A stretch of 61,833 bases of DNA, counting the filler, from Nemertoderma westbladi (taxonomy: Eukaryota > Animalia > Xenacoelomorpha): assembly GCA_032718475.1 (NCBI GenBank). It is 3 parts of 3 records of this genome, joined end to end, with 100 filler letters (N's around TTAATTAATTAA, not from the genome) between each part and the next. Parts side by side here need not be neighbours in the genome. Positions count along the whole stretch, not along the records: positions 38,852 to 61,833 come from JAUCBJ010006236.1; 2 more parts are not named here. One strand, given 5' to 3'. The position numbers and the translations under genes are program-made. This document shows, in pieces, positions 50,633-61,833 of this stretch (positions are counted from its first letter, which is position 1; the number at the start of each line of letters is the position of its first letter). Under the pieces are notes generated by a model. The model was not told the origin of the DNA. It saw only the letters and a list, made by a program, of their open reading frames with translations, and did not search any database.

Positions 50633-52747
50633 ATGGATTATCCTACGGTTCGAAGGGATTCCACACTATCCTACTCACTTGGAGATCGGAAAATAGACGA
50701 TCCTTACTTGTGGCTGGAAGATCCTGAGGCCGAAGAAACTAAAGAATTTGTGACCAAACAAAATCAGATCACTAATTCGTACCTAGAAGCCAATGGCAGT
50801 TCAATTCGCGAAAATTATAAGAACAAACTCACTAAACTCTGGGACTTCGAAAAATACGGTTCTCCTTTTAGAAAAGGTGATAATTATTTTTATTACCATA
50901 ATAGTGGACTTCAAAATCAATATGTTCTTTACAAACAAAGCTCGCTTTCTGAGAAAGGAGTTGCTTTTATAGACCCGAATGAGATTGCAGCAGACGGTAG
51001 CATATCGCTTACGTCCCTGTCGTTCAGTGAGGATGGTGCCATATGCGCTTATGGACTCAGCGAGAAAGGATCCGATTGGTCTACGGTTTATTTCCGAACT
51101 GTGGCGACAGGGGAGAACCTCCCGGACAAACTCGAGCGGGTCAAGTACAGCTGTCTGGAGTGGACGCACGACGGGGCTGGAGTCTTCTACAACACGTACT
51201 CCTTGGAGCAGGGAGAGGCCACCGGTAAGTCAACCACCAAGAACGAGAACCAACTACTGCGTTACCACGTGTTGGGTTCGGAGCAGTCCGCGGACGTCCT
51301 GTGCGCCGAGGAACCCGACCACCCTACGTGGATGGTGTACGCCGAGGTAACGGATTGCGGTAACTACGTCGTAGTAACCACGCACCATGGTTGCGAACCT
51401 TCAAACCAGCTGCATATCTGCGATCTCAGAAAGACAGGCGGCAAGATAACAGGCCGTTTGGAGTGTCTCTCTATTGTGGATAATTTCGAATCGAGTTACG
51501 ACTACGTCGCTAATGACGGACCGTTATTTGCCTTTAAGACAAATTCCGGCGCTCCGAATAATAAAATCGTTACTATCGATATTTCCTCGGATAGTCGGGA
51601 GTTTTCCGACCTAATTCCCACCTGCGACGACCCCTTGGACTGGGTGGTCTGCTGCGACCGCGACAAACTGCTGCTCTGTTACCTACACGACGTAAAGAGT
51701 GAGTTGTTCGTCCACGACCTGCGAACCGGCGGCAGACTGTTCGCGATCCCCTTGGACGTAGGCACGGTGCACGGTTGCTCCGGGGATCGCAAGTACAGCG
51801 AGGTGTTCTTTAAGTTCGTCTCCTTTTTGACCCCGGGTCGCACTTTCCGGGTGGATTTCTCCGAGTCGGAAGTTAAACCGACTCTCTTCCGAGAGACCGC
51901 AGTAGACGGATTCGACTCTGATTTATTCCGAGTCACTCAGGTTTTCTATAATTCCAAGGATTCCACTAGAATCCCCATGTTTATAGTCCACAAGAAGGAT
52001 ATCCTTTTAGACGGAAGCAACCCAACTAAGATCTACGCTTACGGAGGTTTCAATGTATCTATTAAACCGCATTTTAGTATCTCTATCATTCCGTGGATGT
52101 TGAATCTCGGTGGGGTTTACGCGGTGGCCAACGTCCGCGGCGGCGGGGAGTACGGGAGGGATTGGCGAGACGCCGGTTCGAATCTCAACAAGAAGAATAG
52201 TTTCGAGGATTTAGAAGCGGCCGCTGAGTACCTTATAGACGCGGGATACACCGCCAGCGACCGGTTGGTGCTGACCGGGGGCTCGGGCGGCGGTCTGGTT
52301 GTCGCAGCCACTATAAACCGGCGTCCCGGGCTCTACAAGGCCTGCGTGTCCCACGTCGGGGTTATGGACATGCTGCGGTACAACCGGTTCACCATCGGGC
52401 CCGCTTGGGTATCGGATTACGGGGACCCCGCCAGCCCCGAGTTCTACGAATATATCCGCAGTTACTCCCCGTTGCACAACGTGCCTTCCGGCGACGTTGA
52501 CTACCCCGCTATGTTGTTGGCTACCAGCGACCACGACGACCGAGTGTCGCCGCTCCATTCCTATAAGCTCATCTCCGAGCTGCAGTATAAGCTGGGCGCC
52601 ACTTCGGGACAGAAGAACCCTTTGCTTATTCGGATAGAAACAAAGGCCGGTCACGGTTTCGGTAAACCAACCACCAAGATTATAGAGGAGTTATCGGATT
52701 GTGACACTTTTCTAGCGACTACTTTAGGGCTGAAATGGATTGGCTAG
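50633..52747 (+). CDS. PREP: Prolyl oligopeptidase (peptidase S9A), intronless CDS
   Basis: MDYPTVRRD, DPYLWLEDP, YAYGGF, NVRGGGEYG, catalytic GGSGGG, HDDRV and KAGHG. ATG 50633 matches the family N-terminus, whereas the upstream ORF extension is non-homologous. Confidence 0.95.
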   Translation: MDYPTVRRDSTLSYSLGDRKIDDPYLWLEDPEAEETKEFVTKQNQITNSYLEANGSSIRENYKNKLTKLWDFEKYGSPFRKGDNYFYYHNSGLQNQYVLYKQSSLSEKGVAFIDPNEIAADGSISLTSLSFSEDGAICAYGLSEKGSDWSTVYFRTVATGENLPDKLERVKYSCLEWTHDGAGVFYNTYSLEQGEATGKSTTKNENQLLRYHVLGSEQSADVLCAEEPDHPTWMVYAEVTDCGNYVVVTTHHGCEPSNQLHICDLRKTGGKITGRLECLSIVDNFESSYDYVANDGPLFAFKTNSGAPNNKIVTIDISSDSREFSDLIPTCDDPLDWVVCCDRDKLLLCYLHDVKSELFVHDLRTGGRLFAIPLDVGTVHGCSGDRKYSEVFFKFVSFLTPGRTFRVDFSESEVKPTLFRETAVDGFDSDLFRVTQVFYNSKDSTRIPMFIVHKKDILLDGSNPTKIYAYGGFNVSIKPHFSISIIPWMLNLGGVYAVANVRGGGEYGRDWRDAGSNLNKKNSFEDLEAAAEYLIDAGYTASDRLVLTGGSGGGLVVAATINRRPGLYKACVSHVGVMDMLRYNRFTIGPAWVSDYGDPASPEFYEYIRSYSPLHNVPSGDVDYPAMLLATSDHDDRVSPLHSYKLISELQYKLGATSGQKNPLLIRIETKAGHGFGKPTTKIIEELSDCDTFLATTLGLKWIG

Positions 52748-53266
52748 TAGACTTATTGATTCCCGTATGTTGCGCTAAATGTATTTGCGCATCTTGTTGT
52801 TTTGTGCCGGGATTGTGTTTTATTCTTTAGATGATATTAATTACTTGACATCCTAAAATTAACCTTTACATTAATTAAAGTACCTTTGACATTGTGTGTG
52901 TTTACAGTGCTACAATTCATTATTTATTATTTTATTATTGCAGGTGAATAATAATATTGTGACCTCTTTCAGTTGTTGTCTGGCATTTTTGTTTGTTTGC
53001 AAAGTAACAATTTTGTGCTTCATAAATGGAACTGCCATTCAAATAGTTGATAAAACCCTAAAACATATCAAACAAAATGAAGCCATATTTTGCTCTTGGT
53101 CTCTCCATAAAGTTATCGTGAAAGAATGACTGCAGCAGCTGAAAATGATTTGAAACCACAAAATGATTTGATTACATTTAGACATTACGCCCTCTAACGT
53201 CAGACTGAAGAACTGCCGCCGGCTTTGTGAGTTATGACTTAGGGTGAGACTTTCTAACAAGCTGTA

Positions 53267-53720
53267 TTAACCCTTTGCGTACCAAAACTTAAAAAAAGGC
53301 GGTACGCGGTACACCGCTGCCTTTTTCTTTCTAAATAATCCAGGATCATGCGCATAAAGGCGGCAGTGTGCCGCCTTTATATAATTATAACTTTTAGCCG
53401 CCTTTACAAATTATTATCCTGAACCCCGGGGTGGCAGACTGCCGCCTTTATTTAAAACCTTTTATAACTTCCTTATAACGGGGCGGAAAAGTTCATATTC
53501 GTGTTGGGCGGCAGGAAAAACTGGTCTAGAAAGTTAATTTAATATTGAATGAAGGGTATTGGTTTGAGGGCATTTTAAATTGCATAATTTATGCAATTTA
53601 ATTTCAATTTAGCCAATAATTTTGTTACAAATGATTAAGGCGGCAGTGTGCCGCCCATGGGGTTCAAATGAAACATTTATAAATTTCGTAAATGGTTAAA
53701 GGCGGAAGTGTGCCGCCTTT
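53267..53720. mobile_element. piggyBac-like MITE remnant with repeated palindromes
   Basis: TTAA-CCCTT start and several aaggcggcagtgtgccgcc palindromic motifs. Confidence 0.45.
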
Positions 53721-56700
53721 GAATGTAGGATGAGTAATAATATGGTTATCCTCTTTATATATATAAAAAATCTCTGCTACGACAACTTCTAACAGACCAA
53801 GTACTGCAAATGTTATAATGTTAATACAACAAAGAACAAATACAGACTAGGCCTATATGCAAATGAAACGTTAGTCTACCATATAATAATGATAAGTCTA
53901 CATTCTACATTTTATCTAAACTCACTATGTAATTATATTTTCTGCCGTTTTTTATATTAACTTCGTAAAAACAAATACACCAATGGAATTATATTTGATG
54001 CCATTAGTTAGTCTATAATATTAACTTCTTAATAAAATAAATGTAGCATAGCACGTGATAGGATTACAATTGTTCTTGTCTAGCCCTTTTAGCTAAGATT
54101 CTATAGTATAATACGAGCTTTGGTTCCCTTTATTCAAATTTGAACCGAGAGCATATGAAATTTGGTGCTCAAATTATTGGTGTTACGAGTTTTGGCGAAA
54201 GTCTGGCTTTCTTCCCCCAGCCTTGGTCAATGCTGATTATTTATTTTTTAGCGGCTTATCATCCTTTGAGGAAGCACTTCGGCTACGATGGACACATTTC
54301 TAACTTAGGAACTTATTCTGGGCCTATTAATATTTGCACCGATATTAAGCTCATTCGAACCGCAACATCGATTTAGTGGGAGTTGACAACATCGAAAGAG
54401 AAAACAATAATTGCGATATACAGTTATTATAATATATATATTTTAATTATTTATTTAGTAAATCCAATTACATTTTAAGCAATAACTTTCATATCAGAAA
54501 TATTAGATATTATTAAATTAGATGTATTAATTAGTAATTACCGAATTTGCTTCACTCAAATCACTCAAAGTTTATTTATAAATCTTTAAATTTGCAACTT
54601 TATAATTTTGTGTAATTTTTTGTTAGTGAGGGGGGGGGGGGGGGGCTCTCATTGTGGCGCAAAATTCTAGCTCCTACCCTCCCTGGCCCTGCCATTGGAG
54701 CCGGAATTTTCGATTTTGCCTTTATCTATCAATTTTTTATAAGCGTTTAAAAAGTGTGTTTTGCGAAATCGCACCCTCCGTATCGTGGCCATTCTTCACA
54801 TTAGTAGTAATTCAGAAAGCTTACGTTGCCAGGATTCCAAATATGTAACAAAATATCTGAATTATTTGAGAAACAGCTGAGATAACTTCACAAGCGTTTT
54901 TAATTCTGCCTCATAATAATAAACTCAAAACCTTAGGTACTTTTTGGAGCTCTTCAGCAATTTAGATGGCCGTCTATATACGTTATGCAATATAGTTGGC
55001 CTGGCATGGTTATGTCTTACTATGATATGATCGTGTCGTGATTATAGACTACACAAATACTTATATATTTATTATACCGAATCATGAAGATTAGATTAAA
55101 GGGATACCGCCTATATACAAGTTGTAAATACATCAAAGATTCAAAGGGACCGCCCTGGCCACAGAAAAGTTATGTAGTTCTCTTTTAATAATTGGCTCAC
55201 CTCCTAAACTGACTAAAACCACAATTAAATAGGACAATTAAATTGCACTTTCTCTGTCTGTCATTGTTTTAAAAGAAGACAATCTCTGGGAACCAATAAT
55301 TATTATAGCTCGCTGGATGGCCCGTTCAGGGCATTGGCGTTTAAAGCGCCCCCTGTTGGAATTGAAAGAAGAATATTAGTAGCTAAAGCAAGGCAAGCAG
55401 CCCTCTGATTGGGGGAATTGTTGTATTTAGTGCTCCCTTATTGGTCGCTTTTGTTATGTTGGTTGGCTACTCTTGGTTTTTAATAATAATTGCAAGGATG
55501 CCACTACCAATGTACGTTTTCTACTGGTGTGTGATTATTTTATGTTGCTTGCCTTTACACTATGGTATCTATTTCTGTATTTAGTATTTACATCACGGTA
55601 CTGCGGTACGGTACCCTGTTACTATACAGCTCTAGGTAAGGTCGATGTCGAAGGTGGTAGATAAACCTTAACCTTTTTCTGTTTTGCTTTTGTCTGTTCA
55701 GCTGTTTGTACCGTATTGTATCCGAACCTGTCTGCAGTCCATACCCAGCGGCCAGCGCGAGCGACTGACCGTCAGACCGTCGTGACCGAAGCGTCATGTA
55801 GGATTGTATGTGGTGAGGTAGAGGCTGAGAGGTACTGTTGCAGTGCTGCTGTGCTGTGCTCGTGCTGAGTGCTGTACTGAGTACTGGTCCGGTACTGTGC
55901 TGCTGCCTTGACATGATATGACATAGAAGAACATAGCTGCATGGACAATGACAATTCTGCAATGCGACAATCAAACAACACAATGCAGCAATGGATGTGA
56001 TGCGGATGGGATGTGATAACCGCGATGTGTTGTGTATGTCATGTCATTGTCATTTTTTGTCCGCTGTGTCTGTCAGTATATCAGTATATTATTAGGCCTA
56101 TTATTAAAAGTTACAGGAACAAGAAAGTTGAGAACTTATATTGATCCGTCCCATAAATCACGATAGGCCCATGTAAGTGGAAATTAAACTTTAAAAATAT
56201 AAGAATAACTCAAAAATTTAGTTATTCTACTAGGCTAAATGATAAACAACACAATTAGGCCAGGCAGATACACATTTCTGCATTTAGCATTTACGGCATG
56301 TCTCCATACAGCCAGACAGCCATAGTACTGTAGTACCGGTACAATAAAATGGGGCAACGTGTAGCTGTGAAGTGTAACTGAATAAAAGATTATTTATCAC
56401 AGTGGATGGTGGAGGATCCGTTTTAAACAAATAAAATGAATAAATAATGATAAGATAGATAAAAATTAATGGCATAAAAGCAGAAAAGTAATCTATAGAT
56501 AGATAGATTTATTTATACATTATGTAAAAACAATAACAAATACACCAAACAATGTACCGGTATAAATGTATTGTCCAACATAACATATAGGATTCCCTAA
56601 AGCTTTGCAGCTTATTTCCAAGGGCTGAAGGGGGTCCTTAAATCTATACATTGGCTATAATGTACAACGCAGTGTCCTATAAATAATTAAAGTGGGATTG

Positions 56701-56947
56701 CACAACATGTGAGTAAAGGAGTAAAATATAACTACTGGAAAATTACCACCACAGAACAGAACATATATAGGCTACAGACAGACAGACAGGTAATTCAATA
56801 ATTACACTAATTACATAATTAATATTATTTTTTTGTATTAGATCTACTTCCAGACTTCGTACTTTGCATTATTTTGGACAGTTCCTGTAACACAACCCTA
56901 GCAGCCTAGCTATATTGACAATCAAATAATTTTCGTTTCTAGAGTTA

Positions 56948-57155
56948 GGCCGGGTTCACTTCACACTACTGAGTCAAAGTCAAAAGTCAAAATGTAAAAC
57001 ATAATCACAGGAAATTAAATTTTCTAGAATGCCCTTATGTATTATATTGGGCCTACATAATGTATTATTATTTATTATTGCTAGCTAGCTGTCAGGCTGT
57101 AGGCCTATTTATTTTCTTTTGACTTTGACTTTGACTCGGTAGTGTGAACGCGGCC
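56948..57155. mobile_element. Tourist/Harbinger-like MITE with TTA target duplication
   Basis: tta-ggccgggttcac...actactgagtcaaagtcaaa / tttgactttgactcggtagtgtgaacgcggcc-tta. Confidence 0.7.
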
Positions 57156-58052
57156 TTAGGCTACATGCCTGCGGATGGTTGTTAGGGTCGATTTTCTCAC
57201 TACGTTTGCAGATTCGTAGTAATTCCATAATAAAAGAACAATTCGCTAAAAATATCGAATTGTTCTTTTATTATAAAAGAACATAAAAGAAAAGTACAAT
57301 AAACTGATAAAAGAACACTTAACATCCCTGACTGGTATAGGCCTACTACAGTACTAACTGACTACAGGTACCGGTACAGGACTAATACTGTTATTATTTT
57401 TACTCAAGTTTGCCGTTACCGGTGTAGGTAGCAGAAAATTTCCACCCACAAAAAAATTCACCTATCGGATAAAATTCCCTAGTGTCTGAGTGTATTTTCA
57501 CCCCACGGTTAGAATTCACTAGGCCTAGGGTATTTTAACCGGGGGTGAAACTACTCCATACTCGGGGTGATTTTTTAGTGAAATTTAAGTTTTATTCGTT
57601 ATAAGCATACAGTTAAGAGCAGAACAGGTTAAGCGAACGGAGATTTGTATATAGTAAAGTACTGTAGAGTAGAAGATAAAAAAAAATACACCGCACCGGG
57701 AGTGAGAATACACTACTGCACTACCGGTAGGCACTAGGTCTCTGTTACACCGGTAGTAAGGTTTAATCCTATGATTTGAGATAGGCCTAGGCTGTAGGCA
57801 AGGCAACTAGATTTAGTCTATTATTATTTACATATATATTTGCTTTACTATTAATTGCTGTATTGTTTTACCTTTGTTCATTGTTCATTATCATTGCAAG
57901 GGGTAGGCCTATCTCTTTATATACAATTTCAACTTCATACCGGTAGCAGCATTAATTATGGTCTGCTAGATTATAGAATTAGTGGATTTAGTACAAAATG
58001 GTTGATTGAGAGGATTTGTTGCTATAGAAACGGGATAATTAATCACTCGAAT

Positions 58053-61000
58053 ATGATATTCCAATATTTTCTCGCGATTTACTTTGTCGGTTCCCTGATA
58101 CCCGGTAATCAAGGCGACCGTGACGTATTATACGACACGTTCAACCAACCCTCCAAACTCCAATGGACCGCGTACTCGTCGCCCCAGGACAAGGACAACG
58201 GGGCCAGATACGGCTGGGTGGAGGTCTCCAAGTACGACGAATCTGGTCGCTCAACCTCCCGCGCTTACCAGGTCTGCGACATCACCAACGACAAGAAGGA
58301 CCACTGGGTTCGAACTCGCTACATATCCCGCGAGAAAGCCACCAACATAAAGATAAACATTATATTCTCTATGATGGATTGCAGCAGTTTGCAAGCGGAA
58401 GAGGTAAAATCCGCAGTTAATAAAGTCTGCAAGGAGACTTTCGATCTCTACTACTTCGAGGCCAATCCCGGAGTAATCCCTTCCGTGGATCACCCAGGAT
58501 TCAAAAAGATCGCCAAAGTAGCGGGTGAGGGATTCCACGAAGGGAAAAACGCGATAAACAATAAAACCTTCGAGATTTCGGATTTAACTCAGCAGGGATT
58601 CTACTTGGCCTTCCACGATGAGGGTTCCTGTACCGGGATCCAGCGGCTCTACGTTTACTACAACTTCTGTCCCGCGATGACGACCAATCTGGCCGAGTTC
58701 CCGCGGACCGCCACGGACACCGGCGGATACCAAGTGGTCACCATCGTGGAGGGCCGCTGCGTGAAGCGAGCAGCGTCCGACTCGCAGCGGGCCCCCGTGG
58801 CGCACTGCACCTCCAAGGGGGATTGGTACGAGTTCCAGGGCGGTCTCGAGGGCTGCGAGTGCATCCAGGGCCACGAGCCGGGCGCGGACGGAACCACCTG
58901 CAACACCTGCCCCACCGGTTTCTACAAACCCTCGTACGGGAACACCGCCTGTCTGCGTTGCCCGCCGCACTCTGAGTCGCTCAACCCCGGCTCTACCAGC
59001 TGTAAGTGCACCCCGGGGTTCTACCGCGGCGCGCGGGATTCCGTGCCCGACGCGTGCGCCAGCCCGCCCTCGGAACCGCGCAATCTCACCGCCTCGGTGC
59101 AGCGAACCGTAGTCCTCCTCGCGTGGGAGCCCCCGGTTAACGACGGCGGTCGCGGCGACCTCTCCTACTACGTGGAGTGTCCGCTGTGCGACCACGGCGT
59201 CCTATGGGATCCCTCGCGTACGCGGATCCTCGGTACCAACGTCACCGTGACCCATCTAACCCCCGAGACTCGCTACACCTTCCGGGTCTTCTCCGAGAAC
59301 GGAGTCTCTCAGTTCGCTAAATCCACCGAGACGTTGTTCAGCGCTATCTCGGTCTCCACCGGGGAGGCTGTCAGCATCGCCAACCTCTCCGTGACTAACT
59401 TCACATCGACGTCGGTATCTTTGCGATGGTCGGCGCCTAATTATCCAGCGGAGGAGATCCTCGGTTACATCGTGAGGGTGTTCCATCGTGACCGCCACGA
59501 CGGGTACCACAGCGACCTCTCTGTGAACACGACGCACGCGGTGGTCGGGGAACTGAACCCCGAGCACGAGTACACCTTCCAGGTGGGCGTCGACATCCAC
59601 GGCGGCTTCGGGAAGTTCTCGGATCCGGTCTCGGCGCCCCGCTCCGGCACCGGGGGCGCCTCCGAGTCGAACCATCGGCACGACGGCGTCGCCAACATCT
59701 TCACGGCCCACACCGGGATCATCATCGGGGTGAGCGCCTCCGTGGTCGTCCTCATCGTGGTCGTCTGCATCATCCTGGTGGCGGTGATCCGTAAGACCCG
59801 CGGGTACAAACACGTGGACTCGTTGGAGGGCTTCCGGGGGACCGAGATGAAGCTCCCGGTGCGATCCGATCGGGTCTACGTGGATCCGCACACGTACGAG
59901 GACCTCGGACAGGCCGTGCGGGAGTTCGCGAAGGAGATCGACGTCTCCTTGGTCGCGATACACAGCGTCATCGGAGGCGGCGAGTTCGGGGATGTCTGCA
60001 AGGGACTGCTGAAGACCAACGATAAGAACCAACAGTTGAAAGCCGTCGCGATAAAAACCTTAAAAACGGGATCCTCGGATAAGAATATTAAGGATTTCCT
60101 CGCGGAGGCTTCGATAATGGGGCAGTTCAACCACTGCAACGTCATCTACCTCGAGGGCGTCGTGACTAAGTCGCAGCCGGTTATGATAATCACCGAGTTT
60201 ATGGAGAACGGCGCGTTAGATCAATTCCTGAGGGGCAACGACGGTAAGTTAACGCCTATTCAGTTGGTCGGTATGCTCAGGGGGGTCGCCTGCGGGATGG
60301 AGTACCTCTCCGATATGGGCTACATCCATAGGGATTTAGCGGCGCGGAATATCATAGTGAGCGCGAGTTTGGTCTGCAAGGTGGCCGACTTCGGGTTGTC
60401 GCGGGTGCTGGACGGGTCCTCCGGGTGTCGGGAGTACACGACGCACGGCGGGAAGGTACCGGTGCGGTGGACCGCCCCCGAGGCGATCGCCTTCAGGAAG
60501 TTCACCTCGGCGAGCGATGTGTGGAGTTACGGGATCGTGGGATGGGAGGCCATGAGCTTCGGGGAGCGCCCCTACTGGGACTGGAGCAACCACGACGTTA
60601 TCAAGGCGGTGGACGGGGGCTACAGGCTGCCGCCCCCCATGGATTGCCCCGACGCGATCTACACGCTCATGGTGGAGTGTTGGCACCAGGAGCGGTCGAA
60701 TCGCCCGCGGTTCGCGGACATCCGTCAACGACTCGATCGGATCATACGGAATCCCGCGATGCTCAACTACGTGGCCCAGCGTCGCTTCGATAGCGTCTCC
60801 CGCGCGCAGGAGCCCGTGTCCTTCGACTGCGTCGTTCACATAGAGGATTTCCTGCGGGTTATTAAGATGGACCGCTACCTAGACGTGTTTGAGGAGGCCG
60901 GGTGCGTGAGTCTGGACGAACTGCGGGACCTGAACGTCCAGAAACTCGTCGATATGGGGATCACCCTGATAGGCCATCAGAAGAAGATACTGTCGAACAT

Positions 61001-61058
61001 TCAGGCGCTTCGAGCTTATTTCGAGAACTTGGAACGGGAATCCGAGATAGAATGCTAA
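58053..61058 (+). CDS. Eph: Eph receptor tyrosine kinase, full length (1001 aa), intronless CDS
   Basis: Signal peptide, ephrin-binding domain (GWVEVS, YQVC, CKETFDLYY), Cys-rich region, two FN3 domains, TM helix, YVDPHTYED juxtamembrane motif, kinase (GGGEFG, HRDLAARN, DFG, RWTAPE) and SAM domain. Confidence 0.97.
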   Translation: MIFQYFLAIYFVGSLIPGNQGDRDVLYDTFNQPSKLQWTAYSSPQDKDNGARYGWVEVSKYDESGRSTSRAYQVCDITNDKKDHWVRTRYISREKATNIKINIIFSMMDCSSLQAEEVKSAVNKVCKETFDLYYFEANPGVIPSVDHPGFKKIAKVAGEGFHEGKNAINNKTFEISDLTQQGFYLAFHDEGSCTGIQRLYVYYNFCPAMTTNLAEFPRTATDTGGYQVVTIVEGRCVKRAASDSQRAPVAHCTSKGDWYEFQGGLEGCECIQGHEPGADGTTCNTCPTGFYKPSYGNTACLRCPPHSESLNPGSTSCKCTPGFYRGARDSVPDACASPPSEPRNLTASVQRTVVLLAWEPPVNDGGRGDLSYYVECPLCDHGVLWDPSRTRILGTNVTVTHLTPETRYTFRVFSENGVSQFAKSTETLFSAISVSTGEAVSIANLSVTNFTSTSVSLRWSAPNYPAEEILGYIVRVFHRDRHDGYHSDLSVNTTHAVVGELNPEHEYTFQVGVDIHGGFGKFSDPVSAPRSGTGGASESNHRHDGVANIFTAHTGIIIGVSASVVVLIVVVCIILVAVIRKTRGYKHVDSLEGFRGTEMKLPVRSDRVYVDPHTYEDLGQAVREFAKEIDVSLVAIHSVIGGGEFGDVCKGLLKTNDKNQQLKAVAIKTLKTGSSDKNIKDFLAEASIMGQFNHCNVIYLEGVVTKSQPVMIITEFMENGALDQFLRGNDGKLTPIQLVGMLRGVACGMEYLSDMGYIHRDLAARNIIVSASLVCKVADFGLSRVLDGSSGCREYTTHGGKVPVRWTAPEAIAFRKFTSASDVWSYGIVGWEAMSFGERPYWDWSNHDVIKAVDGGYRLPPPMDCPDAIYTLMVECWHQERSNRPRFADIRQRLDRIIRNPAMLNYVAQRRFDSVSRAQEPVSFDCVVHIEDFLRVIKMDRYLDVFEEAGCVSLDELRDLNVQKLVDMGITLIGHQKKILSNIQALRAYFENLERESEIEC

Positions 61059-61833
61059 TGTTAATAATGTTTCTAATTGAGTTCGGAAATGAAATACAGT
61101 AATATCTATATTTTATCGTTATTATTATTATAATAGTTATGATTTTTGAGTATATTTAGCAACTTGAATAGTTTATGGAGAATCAGTTCGTTTCCTACGA
61201 ATGTTTGATATTTTGCTGAGTTTTTTGCATGTTGAACTTTTTTTTCGTTGCGCTTATTAAATTGAATCTGCAATATATTTATTTCCCAGGGTTCTATTTG
61301 TGTGTGTTGTGTATAATATGGTTGGTGCAAGTTGTATTTGTGCTTTGTAATTAATTTAACCTGTAACTGAGGGATGTTTAGTAGTTGTAGCTCTACTGTA
61401 ACATATCTAGTAAGTTAGCCAGTATTAGCAGTTGTTCTCATTTACGTGCAAATGTTATAGTTTTTAGCAGTTTATCTAGTTTGTATTTGCGTTTATTTTT
61501 TCAACAGTTTCTCTGTTTAATGTTTCTAATATTTCCCAAATTTAAATAAATGACAATATTGTCGAATTATCATGTAGGAAGTGCGAAACGTGTGTTGGAT
61601 TTCTGTATATAATAATGAATATTATATGTTTAGTTAAGTAAAACGTTTTATATTCAAACGGAAAGTCACAGTATTTACGTTACTACGCTGTGCAATATTA
61701 ATAATCTTATTATTTAGTTATATTAGATATTATTAGTTTATAGAAATTAGTTACTAAAATGATCTTTTGGAGTTCCGAATTCTTTTAAACTTAAAATCTA
61801 AATATTTTATTATCTTTATTATTTACTGTAGTT

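Noticed and set aside
58120-61102. Long antisense and alternate-frame ORFs over Eph (also over PREP, RPL18A and the LINE)
   Set aside because: These are expected shadows of GC3-rich coding sequence and show no recognisable motifs.

Overview
AT-rich invertebrate metazoan genomic DNA with two 100-nt scaffold gaps (21097-21196, 38752-38851). A minus-strand TOGARAM/crescerin-like ciliary gene has six visible exons between 21 and 18842. Its introns host an RPL18A gene with an intronless CDS, a tRNA-Leu(UAA), a 2-exon PARN-family deadenylase, Helentron-like elements and a minimal hammerhead ribozyme. Further right are a 9-exon SLC45-family transporter, two 5'-truncated LINEs, the last three exons of a clavesin/CRALBP-like CRAL-TRIO gene, an intronless prolyl oligopeptidase and an intronless Eph receptor kinase. 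The most striking feature is three independent tandem arrays built from real splice junctions: a 91-bp unit (64 acceptor copies visible) and a 55-bp unit (18 copies) in the clavesin-like gene, and a ~30-34-bp donor unit (~22 copies) in SLC45. In each case only the exon-proximal copy keeps the reading frame, and the other copies lead to a stop. Donor sites are also unusually skewed toward GTTAGT. All exon boundaries were read by eye and family calls rest on recalled motifs, not database searches.
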